Assembly (NCBI RefSeq): GCF_055388945.1
Contig: NZ_AP042529.1
DNA: 24,000 nt
Reading direction: 5' to 3' (one strand)
The notes under the pieces were generated by a model. The model was not told the DNA's origin and did no database searches. It saw nothing but the letters and a program-made list of their open reading frames with translations. The translations under genes and the position numbers were made by a program. Positions 1 to 10,090 of this stretch are shown in pieces; position 1 is the first letter of the stretch; every line of letters begins with the position of its first letter.

Positions 1-73
1 CAACACCAGAAAGAGAAAAATATAAAATACATACAGAAAGACATGAGAGCAAGGGACGGGGCAGGGCAAGATC

Positions 74-105
74 ATGAAAATCGTGATGTAAATCACGATT
101 TTCAT
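74..105. repeat. Perfect 14-bp inverted repeat (hairpin) with GTAA loop inside the left end of the IS element
   Basis: ATGAAAATCGTGAT (74-87) - GTAA - ATCACGATTTTCAT (92-105), exact reverse complements. Confidence 0.85.
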
Positions 106-176
106 CCTGGCTTTAACGCCTACAGGTGATCAAAATTTAACCTTTGGAATAACTAAAAAGATAAAAAGGACGCCAG

Positions 177-1349
177 GTGAGTATTCAAAGTTTGCTTGAT
201 TATATTTCAGTGATCCCTGATATACGACAACAAGGAAAGGTTAAACATAAATTATCTGATATTTTGTTTCTCACCGTATGTGCAGTAATTGCAGGTGCCG
301 ATGAGTGGCAGGAAATTGAAGATTTTGGACATGAAAGACTTGAATGGCTAAAGAAATATGGTGATTTTGATAATGGCATTCCGGTCGATGACACCATTGC
401 ACGCGTTGTGAGTAACATTGACAGTTTGGCCTTTGAAAAGATATTTATTGAATGGATGCAGGAGTGCCATGAAATCACTGATGGTGAAATTATAGCAATA
501 GATGGAAAGACCATAAGAGGCTCCTTTGATAAGGGAAAAAGAAAAGGAGCAATCCATATGGTGAGTGCATTCTCGAACGAAAATGGTGTTGTACTGGGGC
601 AGGTAAAAACGGAAGCCAAAAGTAATGAGATTACAGCCATTCCAGAGTTGCTTAACCTACTGGATTTAAAGAAAAATTTGATAACCATTGATGCTATGGG
701 CTGTCAGAAAGATATCGCTTCGAAGATCAAAGATAAAAAAGCAGATTATCTTCTGGCAGTAAAAGGCAATCAGGGGAAATTACATCATGCATTCGAGGAA
801 AAATTTCCTGTAAATGTGTTTTCTAATTATAAAGGCGATTCGTTTAGTACGCAGGAGATAAGTCATGGAAGAAAAGAAACACGTTTGCATATTGTCAGTA
901 ACGTAACGCCTGAATTTTGTGATTTTGAATTCGAATGGAAGGGATTAAAAAAGCTTTGTGTAGCATTGTCATTCAGGCAGAAGAAAGAAGATAAATCAGC
1001 AGAAGGTGTAAGCATCCGATATTATATTTCATCAAAGGATATGGATGCTAAAGAATTTGCACATGCTATCAGAGCGCACTGGCTGATCGAGCACAGTCTT
1101 CATTGGGTGTTAGATGTAAAAATGAATGAAGATGCCAGCCGGATAAGAAGAGGAAACGCAGCCGAAATAATATCTGGAATAAAGAAGATGGCACTGAATT
1201 TATTAAGAGATTGCAAAGACATTAAGGGTGGGGTGAAGAGGAAAAGAAAGAAGGTTGCGTTAAACACATGTTATATAGAAGAAGTGCTTGCATCCTGCTC
1301 AGAGCTTGGGTTTCGAACTGACAAAATGAAAAATTTAACACAGATTTAA
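177..1349 (+). CDS. ISAs1 family (H-repeat) transposase, full length 390 aa, GTG start
   Basis: Uninterrupted ORF with family motifs: VKHKLSDILFLTVCAVIAGADEW, GIPVDDTIARVVS, AIDGKTIRGS, ITIDAMGCQKDIA, YLLAVKGNQG, HWLIEHSLHWVLDVKMNED. Resembles YhhI/YdcC/YbfD. Confidence 0.92.
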   Translation: MSIQSLLDYISVIPDIRQQGKVKHKLSDILFLTVCAVIAGADEWQEIEDFGHERLEWLKKYGDFDNGIPVDDTIARVVSNIDSLAFEKIFIEWMQECHEITDGEIIAIDGKTIRGSFDKGKRKGAIHMVSAFSNENGVVLGQVKTEAKSNEITAIPELLNLLDLKKNLITIDAMGCQKDIASKIKDKKADYLLAVKGNQGKLHHAFEEKFPVNVFSNYKGDSFSTQEISHGRKETRLHIVSNVTPEFCDFEFEWKGLKKLCVALSFRQKKEDKSAEGVSIRYYISSKDMDAKEFAHAIRAHWLIEHSLHWVLDVKMNEDASRIRRGNAAEIISGIKKMALNLLRDCKDIKGGVKRKRKKVALNTCYIEEVLASCSELGFRTDKMKNLTQI

Positions 1350-1466
1350 TTCATGCTCTTGCCCTGCGGGGGGATTATTAAATCTTCCCAGTTTTTTATT
1401 ATTTAACTCTCGCTCAGCACACTAAACATCCCTTTCTGAATTCCCCGCCCTAAATACAGCCCCCAC

Positions 1467-2237
1467 TCACCGCAACCTAAACTCATCCGCATCCCGCCAT
1501 GCCGGAAACTTTTCTCTATATTCCCGCAATGCCACCATCGACAGCTCCGCATCAATGCGCGTTGCCTGATGCGCGTCGGCAGTAGCGATAATCTCGCCTT
1601 GTGGATTAATCACCCGGCTGTCACCGCGATAATGGCAGCCGTTGCCATCGCTGCCGACGCGATTGCATCCCGCCACATACGCCTGATTCTCAATCGCGCG
1701 GGCCGTCAGCAATGCCTGCCAGTGCAGAGAGCGCGGAGCAGGCCAGTTGGCAACGTAGATGGCGAGGTCATAATCGTTGAGATTGCGCGACCACACCGGA
1801 AAACGTAAGTCGTAGCACACCAACGGCAAAATACGCCAGCCGCGCCATTCCACAATCACTCGCGCATTGCCCGCTTTATAATGCAGATGCTCATCTGCCA
1901 TGCGGAACAGATGACGCTTATCATAAAAATGTACCGTGCCGCCCGGCTCAACCAGCAAAAAGCGGTTAACCGAACCAGACTCCGTTTGTAATGCAACACT
2001 GCCTGCAATCAGCGCATTGCACTGCTGCGCTTTGGCTGTCATCCAGTTCACTACGTCATCTTGTGCTAGCGACGAAGCAGCCGCTTCCATGGCAAAGCCG
2101 CTGGTAAACATCTCCGGTAGAACGATCACATCGCGCCCGGTAATACCTTCCAGTTGACGATCAAAATGACGCAGGTTGGCAGGACCATCCATCCACACCA
2201 GTGGTTGCTGCAAAAGCGTAATCTTCAAACCAGGCAC
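1467..2237 (-). CDS. yafV: Omega-amidase / nitrilase-family carbon-nitrogen hydrolase YafV (256 aa from GTG start)
   Basis: Protein MPGLKITLLQQPLVWMDGPANLRHFDRQLEG..VIVLPEMFTSGFAM..; nitrilase signature CYDLRFPVWSRN. The ORF track extends 3 codons to a TTG at 2246. Confidence 0.93.
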   Translation of the reverse strand: MPGLKITLLQQPLVWMDGPANLRHFDRQLEGITGRDVIVLPEMFTSGFAMEAAASSLAQDDVVNWMTAKAQQCNALIAGSVALQTESGSVNRFLLVEPGGTVHFYDKRHLFRMADEHLHYKAGNARVIVEWRGWRILPLVCYDLRFPVWSRNLNDYDLAIYVANWPAPRSLHWQALLTARAIENQAYVAGCNRVGSDGNGCHYRGDSRVINPQGEIIATADAHQATRIDAELSMVALREYREKFPAWRDADEFRLR

Positions 2238-2390
2238 GGTGTACAACTCCTTTATGCGAAGGGTTTTATAACTTTAACACCTTATCAGGCAGTTGCCTTA
2301 GCGCAGAATAAATTGATAACAAATGCTGATATTGGAAATATCTGATTTGCAAATTATCGTGTTATCGCCAGGCTTTAGGAGGTTAATAAC

Positions 2391-2864
2391 ATGGGCAGGA
2401 TAAGCTCGGGAGGAATGATGTTTAAGGCAATAACGACAGTCGCCGCACTGGTCATCGCCACCAGTGCAATGGCGCAGGATGATTTAACCATTAGCAGCCT
2501 TGCAAAGGGCGAAACCACCAAAGCTGCATTTAATCAGATGGTGCAAGGGCATAAGCTGCCTGCCTGGGTGATGAAAGGCGGTACTTATACCCCTGCACAA
2601 ACCGTAACGTTGGGAGATGAGACGTATCAGGTGATGAGCGCGTGCAAACCGCATGACTGTGGCTCGCAACGTATCGCTGTGATGTGGTCCGAGAAATCTA
2701 ATCAGATGACGGGGCTGTTCTCGACTATTGATGAGAAAACGTCGCAAGAGAAACTGACCTGGTTGAATGTGAACGATGCGCTTTCGATTGATGGTAAAAC
2801 GGTGCTGTTCGCGGCGTTGACCGGCAGCCTGGAAAACCATCCGGATGGCTTTAATTTTAAATAA
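2391..2864 (+). CDS. ivy: Periplasmic inhibitor of vertebrate C-type lysozyme
   Basis: 157 aa with signal peptide (MMFKAITTVAALVIATSAMA) and the CKPHDC loop characteristic of Ivy. Confidence 0.96.
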   Translation: MGRISSGGMMFKAITTVAALVIATSAMAQDDLTISSLAKGETTKAAFNQMVQGHKLPAWVMKGGTYTPAQTVTLGDETYQVMSACKPHDCGSQRIAVMWSEKSNQMTGLFSTIDEKTSQEKLTWLNVNDALSIDGKTVLFAALTGSLENHPDGFNFK

Positions 2865-2878
2865 TTAGCGGATAAAGA

Positions 2879-2900
2879 AACGGAGCCTTTCGGCTCCGTT
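2879..2900. terminator. Hairpin between convergent ivy and fadE, probably bidirectional
   Basis: AACGGAGCC (2879-2887) / GGCTCCGTT (2892-2900), 9-bp perfect stem with 4-nt loop. Confidence 0.7.
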
Positions 2901-2906
2901 ATTCAA

Positions 2907-5351
2907 TTACGCGGCTTCAACTTTCCGCACTTTCTCCGGCAACTTTACCGGCTTCGTCGCCAGCTCTTCCGGATCAAAGTCATCAACGTTAATACTGCGC
3001 AGACGGCTTTCTTCCGCTTTCACCAGAATAGCGGCTTCATCTTTATCAATCAGCCCCTTCGCCAGCGCGTTGTGCGCCAGTTCATCCAGACGGGTAAATG
3101 GCAGATTTTTACCGAGCTCTTTACAGATCCGCTGATGAATCGGGTCGGCGGCAATCACATCCACCAACGCCTCTTCCAGTAAACCAACCGGGTTATGCTC
3201 GCTTGGCGTCAGGTACTGACCGCGACCAATACGTGAGCGAGTGGCGTTCGGCACTTGTAAAATCTTCGCCACTTTATGATCCAGCTTGTCAGACGGTGCC
3301 AGATAATGACGTCCGGTCGGGAAGATCACCACATTCAGCAGCCCGGCAACCACGCGGTTCGGGAAGTTTTGCAGTAAATCGTCCATCGCCTGTTCTGCCT
3401 GATACAGCGCATCCTGTACGCCCCAGTGCACCAGCGGCAGATCGGCTTCATTACGGCCTTCGTCGTCATAACGCTTCAGAACGGCAGAGGCGAGGTAAAG
3501 CTGGCTTAAAATATCACCCAGACGTGCCGAGATACGCTCACGACGTTTCAGGCTGCCGCCCAGCACTGCCATCGAGACATCAGAAAGCAGGGCGAGGTTG
3601 GCGCTCAGGCGGTTCAGGTGCTGATAGTAGCGTTTAGTGGCATCGCCGGTTGGCGTGCTGCTGGTTAAACCGCGCGTCAGGCCCAGCCAGAAGCTGCGAA
3701 CTTTGTTGCTACCGACGTGACCGATATGTTTGAACAACAGTTTATCGAACACGTTGACGTCATTGTTCTTCGCCGCTTCCATCTCTTCCAGCACGTACGG
3801 ATGGCAACGAATCGCTCCTTGTCCGAAGATCATCATGCTGCGGGTCAGAATGTTAGCCCCTTCAACGGTGATGGCAATCGGTGCGCCCTGGTAAGCACGC
3901 GCCAGGAAGTTGCTTTGCCCGAGCATAATGCCTTTACCGCCGGTAATATCCATCGCATCAATAATCGACTGCTGCCCGCGGTGGGTACAGTGATACTTAA
4001 CGATAGCCGACAGCACGGCAGGTTTTTCGCCGAGCATAATGCCGTAGGTAATCAGCGATGCCGCAGCGTCCATTACATAAGCGTTCCCGGCAATACGCGC
4101 CAGCGGCTCTTCAATCCCTTCCATCTTACCGATAGAGATTTTGAACTGACGGCGAATGTGAGCATACGCGCCCGTTGCCAGCGCTACCGATTTCACGCCG
4201 CCGGTTGAGTTGGAAGGCAGGGTGATGCCGCGGCCTACCGAGAGGCACTCCACCAGCATCCGCCAGCCTTGCCCGGCCATTTTCGGCCCGCCGATAATGT
4301 AGTCGATCGGTACGAAGACATCTTTACCGAGCGTCGGTCCGTTCTGGAACGGCACATTCAGCGGGAAGTGGCGACGACCAATTTCCACGCCCGGCGTGGT
4401 GGTCGGGATCAGCGCACAGGTAATACCTAAATCTTCTGCACCGCCGAGTAATTTCTCCGGGTCGGAGAGTTTAAACGCCAGCCCAAGCACAGTCGCAATC
4501 GGTGCCAGCGTAATGTAGCGTTTGTTCCAGGTCAGACGCATCCCCAGCACCTGCTGGCCCTGCCATTCGCCCATGCAGACAATCCCGGTGTCCGGAATCG
4601 CGCCCGCATCGGAACCCGCTTCCGGGCTGGTCAGTGCAAAGCAAGGGATCTCCTGACCACGCGCCAGACGCGGCAGATAGTGATCTTTCTGCTCGTCAGT
4701 GCCGTAATGTTGCAGCAGCTCGCCGGGGCCTAATGAGTTCGGCACGCCGACGGTAATCGCCAGGATCCCGCTGACGCCGGAGAGTTTTTGCAGCACACGA
4801 GACTGGGCATAAGCTGAAAACTCCAGGCCGCCGTACTCTTTTTTGATGATCATCGCGAAGAAGCGATGCTCTTTCAGATACGCCCACAACTCCGGCGGCA
4901 GATCCGCCAGTTCATGGGTGATCTGGAAATCATTCGCCATCCGGCAGGCTTCTTCTACCGGGCCGTCGAGAAACGCTTGCTCTTCTGCGGTCAGGCGCGG
5001 CTGCGGATAGTTATGCAGCTTTTTCCAGTCCGGCTTGCCCTGGAACAAGTCGCCTTCCCACCAGGTGGTACCCGCATCAATCGCTTCTTTCTCAGTGCGC
5101 GACATCGGCGGCATCACCTTACGGAAACCGCGAAATACCGGCGCGGAAATCATCGACTTACGCATAGGTGCAAAGTTAAACGGCACGAGGATAATGGCCA
5201 GAGGCACCAGTACCCACGCCGACCACAGACCAGCGACGCCGAGGGCAGCTGTCCAGGCGAGCAAAATCAGACTGCTGATAAATAAGCTCACGCGGTGATA
5301 GAACAACGCGCCGAGCAGGACAACTGTAGCGAGAATACTCAAAATCATCAT
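2907..5351 (-). CDS. fadE: Acyl-CoA dehydrogenase FadE (814 aa)
   Basis: Protein [21 protein letters not shown]..., acyl-CoA dehydrogenase core ([46 protein letters not shown]). The track ORF continues upstream to 5429, but the known start fits 5351. Confidence 0.96.
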   Translation of the reverse strand: MMILSILATVVLLGALFYHRVSLFISSLILLAWTAALGVAGLWSAWVLVPLAIILVPFNFAPMRKSMISAPVFRGFRKVMPPMSRTEKEAIDAGTTWWEGDLFQGKPDWKKLHNYPQPRLTAEEQAFLDGPVEEACRMANDFQITHELADLPPELWAYLKEHRFFAMIIKKEYGGLEFSAYAQSRVLQKLSGVSGILAITVGVPNSLGPGELLQHYGTDEQKDHYLPRLARGQEIPCFALTSPEAGSDAGAIPDTGIVCMGEWQGQQVLGMRLTWNKRYITLAPIATVLGLAFKLSDPEKLLGGAEDLGITCALIPTTTPGVEIGRRHFPLNVPFQNGPTLGKDVFVPIDYIIGGPKMAGQGWRMLVECLSVGRGITLPSNSTGGVKSVALATGAYAHIRRQFKISIGKMEGIEEPLARIAGNAYVMDAAASLITYGIMLGEKPAVLSAIVKYHCTHRGQQSIIDAMDITGGKGIMLGQSNFLARAYQGAPIAITVEGANILTRSMMIFGQGAIRCHPYVLEEMEAAKNNDVNVFDKLLFKHIGHVGSNKVRSFWLGLTRGLTSSTPTGDATKRYYQHLNRLSANLALLSDVSMAVLGGSLKRRERISARLGDILSQLYLASAVLKRYDDEGRNEADLPLVHWGVQDALYQAEQAMDDLLQNFPNRVVAGLLNVVIFPTGRHYLAPSDKLDHKVAKILQVPNATRSRIGRGQYLTPSEHNPVGLLEEALVDVIAADPIHQRICKELGKNLPFTRLDELAHNALAKGLIDKDEAAILVKAEESRLRSINVDDFDPEELATKPVKLPEKVRKVEAA

Positions 5352-5372
5352 AACGAAAAGCCCCTTACTTGT

Positions 5373-5389
5373 AGGAGGTCTGACCACTT
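5373..5389. promoter_or_regulatory. Putative FadR operator upstream of fadE
   Basis: Minus strand AAGTGGTCAGACCTCCT resembles the FadR consensus AACTGGTCNGACCNGTT. Confidence 0.6.
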
Positions 5390-5590
5390 GTGATGATATG
5401 GTTGTAGTGGATGTAAAAACATTTAGCAATGTGTTTACAATATAATTACAACGAAGCTCACATTGTTGCTGTTTTTATCTACACTTCAGGGCAAAAAGTC
5501 CTGGTCATAGCACCTGCCCGTACTTCTCGCTTTTGGCGGTATCCGGTACACTGCATTTTGTCTATTACATTTATGCTGAAGGATATCCTC

Positions 5591-6169
5591 ATGTACCAGG
5601 ATCTTATTCGTAACGAACTGAACGAAGCGGCGGAAACGCTGGCTAACTTTTTAAAAGATGACGCCAATATTCACGCCATTCAGCGAGCGGCGGTCCTGTT
5701 AGCAGACAGCTTTAAAGCCGGTGGCAAGGTGCTTTCCTGCGGCAACGGCGGCTCCCATTGCGACGCCATGCACTTTGCCGAAGAGCTGACCGGTCGCTAC
5801 CGTGAAAACCGTCCGGGCTACCCGGCGATTGCCATCTCTGACGTCAGCCATATTTCCTGCGTCGGTAACGATTTTGGTTTCAATGATATTTTCTCCCGCT
5901 ATGTTGAAGCGGTAGGCCGCGAAGGCGATGTACTGCTGGGGATCTCCACGTCTGGTAACTCTGCAAACGTGATCAAAGCGATCGCGGCGGCGCGTGAGAA
6001 GGGAATGAAAGTGATTACCCTGACCGGCAAAGATGGCGGCAAAATGGCTGGTACGGCGGATATTGAAATTCGCGTTCCACATTTTGGTTATGCCGACCGC
6101 ATTCAGGAAATTCACATTAAAGTGATCCATATCCTGATCCAGTTAATTGAAAAAGAGATGGTTAAGTAA
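5591..6169 (+). CDS. gmhA: D-sedoheptulose 7-phosphate isomerase (phosphoheptose isomerase), 192 aa
   Basis: [24 protein letters not shown]...[21 protein letters not shown]...[11 protein letters not shown]; SIS-domain signatures. ATG at 5591. Confidence 0.97.
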
Positions 6170-6177
6170 GTCTGGCG

Positions 6178-6210
6178 TAGGCCGAATAATGCGTTTACGC
6201 CGCATCCGGC
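6178..6210. repeat. REP element downstream of gmhA
   Basis: TAGGCCGAATAATGCGTTTACGCCGCATCCGGC matches the REP consensus. Confidence 0.75.
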
Positions 6211-6273
6211 CTGAAAATTCTTAAGTCAATCTTCGCCGGGGGCCATGCGCTCCCGCTGTTGTGGGGGTTACCG

Positions 6274-7041
6274 ATGTGCGAATTGCTCGGGATGAGCGCC
6301 AACGTCCCTACCGATATTTGCTTTAGTTTCACCGGGCTGGTGCAGCGTGGTGGTGGAACCGGGCCACATAAAGATGGCTGGGGCATTACCTTTTACGAAG
6401 GTAAAGGCTGTCGCACATTTAAAGATCCACAACCCAGCTTTAATTCCCCCATTGCCAAACTTGTTCAGGACTACCCGATAAAATCCTGTTCGGTTGTGGC
6501 TCATATTCGCCAGGCAAATCGGGGCGAGGTGGCGTTGGAAAATACTCACCCGTTTACCCGCGAGTTATGGGGACGTAACTGGACTTATGCCCATAACGGA
6601 CAACTGACGGGCTATAAATCACTGGAAACCGGCAACTTCCGCCCGGTAGGTAAAACCGACAGCGAAAAAGCCTTTTGCTGGCTGCTGTATAAATTAACGC
6701 AGCGTTATCCGCGTACGCCGGGCAATATGGCGGCGGTATTTAAATATATCGCCTCACTGGCGGATGAACTGCGGCAGAAGGGCGTTTTCAACATGCTGCT
6801 TTCGGATGGGCGCTATGTAATGGCGTATTGCTCGACCAATCTGCACTGGATCACCCGCCGCGCGCCGTTTGGCGTGGCAACGTTGCTGGATCAGGATGTG
6901 GAAATCGACTTCAGCTCGCAGACCACACCGAATGATGTGGTCACGGTGATTGCGACACAGCCGCTGACGGGCAATGAAACCTGGCAAAAGATTATGCCAG
7001 GCGAATGGCGCTTATTTTGCCTCGGGGAGCGTGTAGTTTGA
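6274..7041 (+). CDS. yafJ: Class II glutamine amidotransferase-like protein YafJ (255 aa)
   Basis: [27 protein letters not shown].., N-terminal Cys after Met, [26 protein letters not shown] motif. Confidence 0.93.
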   Translation: MCELLGMSANVPTDICFSFTGLVQRGGGTGPHKDGWGITFYEGKGCRTFKDPQPSFNSPIAKLVQDYPIKSCSVVAHIRQANRGEVALENTHPFTRELWGRNWTYAHNGQLTGYKSLETGNFRPVGKTDSEKAFCWLLYKLTQRYPRTPGNMAAVFKYIASLADELRQKGVFNMLLSDGRYVMAYCSTNLHWITRRAPFGVATLLDQDVEIDFSSQTTPNDVVTVIATQPLTGNETWQKIMPGEWRLFCLGERVV

Positions 7042-7752
7042 TGCCAGTTGTGGTTGCACAACTTCGTGGCTTAACGGCTTGCTGACCACGTAACGGCCAT
7101 TGACCACAGAAACGGTCGGTGGCTTACGGGTTTGCTCAAAGTAGTCGTAGCCTGGCTTCAGTTGCTCCCAGAAGTCCTTAAAGTTGGAATATTTATGGCG
7201 CTTCATATTGGCGTCGGTCATGCGGAACGGGTAAATGCTCACTTGCACGCTCGGCTGACCAAATACCAGTGCGCCAGTAACGAACTGGAAAATCTCGTCA
7301 ATGCCCTGATTGGTCATCGCGTAGCAGCCGATGGAAACACAATCGCCGTGGATCATCAGGTATTTCCCTTCATAACCATGCGCACGGTCATAGGCATTGG
7401 GGAAACCAATATTAATCGCTTTGTAGTAACGGCTGTCTGGTTTTAACTGATTACGCTGGACGCTATAAAACCCTTCCGGGCTTTTGAAATCGCCCTGACG
7501 CTGTTTTGGCCCTAAGCCGCCGGAATATTTACAGATTTTATAGCTGTCGAGCAGTTGATATTGCTCGCCCATTTTGACGTAGAGATCGAGCGTACGTTCT
7601 TCCTTGAAGATCTGGATGTAGACAGGGGATCCCATCAACTGCTGCTTATACTCTTTGCTCACTGGCGTGGTCGAGCTACTGCTGCCCAGCAAACCGGCAA
7701 ACGAAACGCACGGGATCAACAACATCGCAAGAATTAATGCGATTTTACGCAT
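7012..7752 (-). CDS. yafK: L,D-transpeptidase-family amidase YafK/DpaA (peptidoglycan-Lpp linkage hydrolase), 246 aa
   Basis: Signal peptide [19 protein letters not shown]; YkuD-type catalytic motif [22 protein letters not shown]. Confidence 0.93.
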   Translation of the reverse strand: MRKIALILAMLLIPCVSFAGLLGSSSSTTPVSKEYKQQLMGSPVYIQIFKEERTLDLYVKMGEQYQLLDSYKICKYSGGLGPKQRQGDFKSPEGFYSVQRNQLKPDSRYYKAINIGFPNAYDRAHGYEGKYLMIHGDCVSIGCYAMTNQGIDEIFQFVTGALVFGQPSVQVSIYPFRMTDANMKRHKYSNFKDFWEQLKPGYDYFEQTRKPPTVSVVNGRYVVSKPLSHEVVQPQLASNYTLPEAK

Positions 7753-7907
7753 ACTGCTTATTCCTTGATAAAACGGTTACACACGCCAGGACGGCAAAAT
7801 GGATCCCAAATCGGAATAGTCTGGATTGGGAAGGCTCACATTATCACCAAAAGAGTTTTACGCAAGCCTGTCGGCGCAGGGTTTACAAATTTCATCGGCA
7901 GCGGGCT

Positions 7908-8184
7908 TTACCCAAAGAGCGCCGCGTGAGTTCCAGTTCTCTCAAATCGTAAAAGTTTATCGGTAAGTTTGTAAATCAGGATCCAGTCCGGTTCGACATG
8001 AGCATCGCGATAACCTTTCCATGAACCTTGCAGCGGGTGGTCTTTATAAACAGCTGGAAGCGGTAAAGTATTATTGATAAGAAGCGTCATAAGATATTTC
8101 AATTTATTCATATCCTTATGACGCTTTTGTGCAAGTTTTACATCCTTTGAAAATTGTCCCGAGTTCAATATCCCTTTGAATCAT
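7908..8184 (-). pseudogene. yafQ: YafQ mRNA interferase toxin gene with an apparent 2-nt deletion at codon 8; the frame resumes intact from a TTG at 8168 (86 aa)
   Basis: From the canonical ATG (8184) the frame reads MIQRDIELGTIFKGCKTCTKAS* (stop 8116-8118). The YafQ body (SGQFSKDVKLAQKRHKDMNKLKYLMTLL..DWILIYKLTDKLLRFERTGTHAALFG) lies in another frame open from 8168. Restoring 2 nt (GAA[TA]CTCGGG) gives MIQRDIEYSGQFSKDV, the expected N-terminus. Confidence 0.85.
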
Positions 8185-8186
8185 AT

Positions 8187-8447
8187 TTAAACTCCTAATT
8201 TATCAAATAAATCATCGGCGTCTTTGGCCTTATGAACATCAACGCCAGCTTCGCTGTTTTTGATTGATTGAATGGTTAATTGATTAGGCTCGCGTAAATC
8301 AAACGGCAATGCCTTTTCACGCGCGACCTTTGTGAGGGTTATGCGAACCAGGTCAGAGATGGTCAGCCCCATCCCGGCCAGTACGTCCGCCGCCTGATTC
8401 TTCAGATCTTCATCGATTCGGGCGCGAACAAATGCGTTAGCAGCCAT
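8187..8447 (-). CDS. dinJ: Antitoxin DinJ (RelB/DinJ family), 86 aa
   Basis: MAANAFVRARIDEDLKNQAADVLAGMGLTISDLVRITLTKVAREKALPFDLREPN..; directly upstream of yafQ. Confidence 0.96.
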   Translation of the reverse strand: MAANAFVRARIDEDLKNQAADVLAGMGLTISDLVRITLTKVAREKALPFDLREPNQLTIQSIKNSEAGVDVHKAKDADDLFDKLGV

Positions 8448-8463
8448 TGGGATATCTCCTATG

Positions 8464-8479
8464 CTGTATATTTATTCAG
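8464..8479. promoter_or_regulatory. LexA (SOS) box upstream of dinJ
   Basis: CTGTATATTTATTCAG fits CTG-N10-CAG. Confidence 0.8.
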
Positions 8480-8656
8480 CTTGAATTGTAGCTCAAATGA
8501 GCAACAGCGACAATCTATGAGTAATTTAATAAACGGATGTTTTTACATAATTAACTGAAATATATTTATTAATTTTATAATAATGGTTTATTAAGTTTGT
8601 TCAGGTACGGGCCGGGATACACTGTAACATCAATGCATGACCAGCCATTATTGAGT

Positions 8657-9415
8657 ATGTCCTTGCCGTCGATTCCATCCTTTGTATTGTCGGGATTACT
8701 GTTGATTTGTTTGCCGTTTTCTTCATTTGCCAGCGCCACCACATCACATATCTCTTTCAGCTACGCCGCCCGCCAGCGGATGCAAAACCGTGCGCGTTTA
8801 TTAAAACAGTACCAAACCCATCTGAAAAAGCAGGTCAGCTATATTGTGGAAGGCAATGCCGAAAGCAGAAGGGCGCTACGCCAGCACAACCGCGAACAGA
8901 TAAAACAGCATCCAGAATGGTTTCCTGCACCGCTCAAGGCGAGTGACAGACGCTGGCAGGCGCTGGCGGAAAACAACCACTTTTTAAGCAGCGACCATCT
9001 GCATAACATTACCGAAGTGGCGATTCACCGCCTGGAGCAGCAGCTTGGCAAGCCTTACGTCTGGGGCGGCACGCGGCCTGATAAAGGCTTTGACTGTAGC
9101 GGGTTGGTTTTTTATGCTTACAACAAGATCCTCGAGGCGAAGCTCCCGCGTACGGCTAATGAGATGTATCACTACCATCGGGCAACGATTGTGGCGAATA
9201 ACGACCTGCGCCGGGGAGATTTGCTGTTTTTCCATATCCACAGCCGCGAGATTGCCGACCATATGGGGGTGTATCTGGGCGACGGTCAGTTTATTGAGTC
9301 ACCGCGCACCGGGGAAACCATTCGGGTAAGTCGGTTAGCTGAACCTTTCTGGCAGGATCACTTTTTAGGCGCGCGCCGGATTTTGACGGAAGAGACGATT
9401 TTGTCGGACGGATAA
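8657..9415 (+). CDS. yafL: NlpC/P60-family peptidase/lipoprotein-like protein YafL (252 aa from ATG at 8657)
   Basis: Catalytic motifs YVWGGTRPDKGFDCSGLVFYAY, RRGDLLFFHIHSREIADHMGVYLG. The stop codon lies at the edge of a downstream REP. Confidence 0.92.
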   Translation: MSLPSIPSFVLSGLLLICLPFSSFASATTSHISFSYAARQRMQNRARLLKQYQTHLKKQVSYIVEGNAESRRALRQHNREQIKQHPEWFPAPLKASDRRWQALAENNHFLSSDHLHNITEVAIHRLEQQLGKPYVWGGTRPDKGFDCSGLVFYAYNKILEAKLPRTANEMYHYHRATIVANNDLRRGDLLFFHIHSREIADHMGVYLGDGQFIESPRTGETIRVSRLAEPFWQDHFLGARRILTEETILSDG

Positions 9416-9486
9416 GGCATTCACGCCGCATCCGGCAGTTGTGCGCAGATGCCTGATACGACGCTGACGCGTCTTATCATGCCTAC
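9409..9486. repeat. REP pair/BIME between yafL and rayT
   Basis: GGATAAGGCATTCACGCCGCATCCGGCAG ... GATGCCTGATACGACGCTGACGCGTCTTATCATGCCTAC; inverted REP units. Confidence 0.85.
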
Positions 9487-9581
9487 AAATCTGTGCGTTT
9501 TTGCGAGCCGCTTTCCCGTTATTCCATCACCTCATTGCCGACCTTTCCTTTTCTTCTTACCGTTGAGAAAAAGGAGTTGCC

Positions 9582-10079
9582 ATGTCTGAATATCGTCGGT
9601 ATTACATCAAAGGGGGAACCTGGTTTTTCACGGTTAACCTACGAAATCGTCGAAGCCACCTTCTGACCGCTCAGTTCCAGATGCTCCGTAACGCCATTAT
9701 TAACGTTAAGCGAGACAGACCTTTTGAAATTAACGCCTGGGTCGTTTTGCCGGAGCATATGCATTGCATATGGACATTACCCGAAAGCGATGATGATTTT
9801 TCCTCCCGCTGGCGGGAGATTAAAAAGCAGTTCACCCATGCTTGTGGATTGAAAAATATCTGGCAACCACGTTTTTAGGAGCACACCATCCGCAATACCA
9901 AAGACTATCGCCATCATGTTGATTATATTTATATAAATCCAGTAAAACATGGCTGGGTAAAGCAAGTGAGTGATTGGCCATTCTCAACGTTCCATCGCGA
10001 TGTGGCGCGAGGGTTATATCCCATTGATTGGGCGGGAGACATAACGGATTTTAGTGCCGGGGAGCGTATCATTTCATAA
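9582..10079 (+). pseudogene. rayT: REP-associated tyrosine transposase RayT (YafM, TnpA-REP), interrupted by an in-frame TAG at codon 99
   Basis: MSEYRRYYIKGGTWFFTVNLRNRRSHLL..LPEHMHCIW..NIWQPRF then TAG (9876-9878). The same frame continues EHTIRNTKDYRHHVDYIYINPVKHGWVKQVSDWPFSTFHRDVARGLYPIDWAGDITDFSAGERIIS to TAA at 10077-10079, giving the expected 165-codon length. Confidence 0.9.
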
Positions 10080-10090
10080 TTGTGCGCTGG

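Larger units (their letters stand above)
62..1366 (+). mobile_element. ISAs1-family (H-repeat-like) insertion element with both terminal inverted repeats
   Basis: Left end CAGGGCAAGATCATGAA (62-78) is matched by the reverse complement of the right end, CAGGGCAAGAGCATGAA (1350-1366), with one mismatch in 17. The ends enclose a single transposase ORF. Confidence 0.88.

Noticed and set aside
3098-5285. Plus-strand ORFs of 179, 163 and 139 aa antisense to fadE
   Set aside because: Shadow ORFs of the FadE coding sequence, low-complexity composition, no independent start signals seen.
7753-7907. 155-nt gap between yafK and yafQ considered as a candidate small RNA or leftover gene
   Set aside because: No open frame of note, no strong terminator or promoter pattern I could defend by eye.
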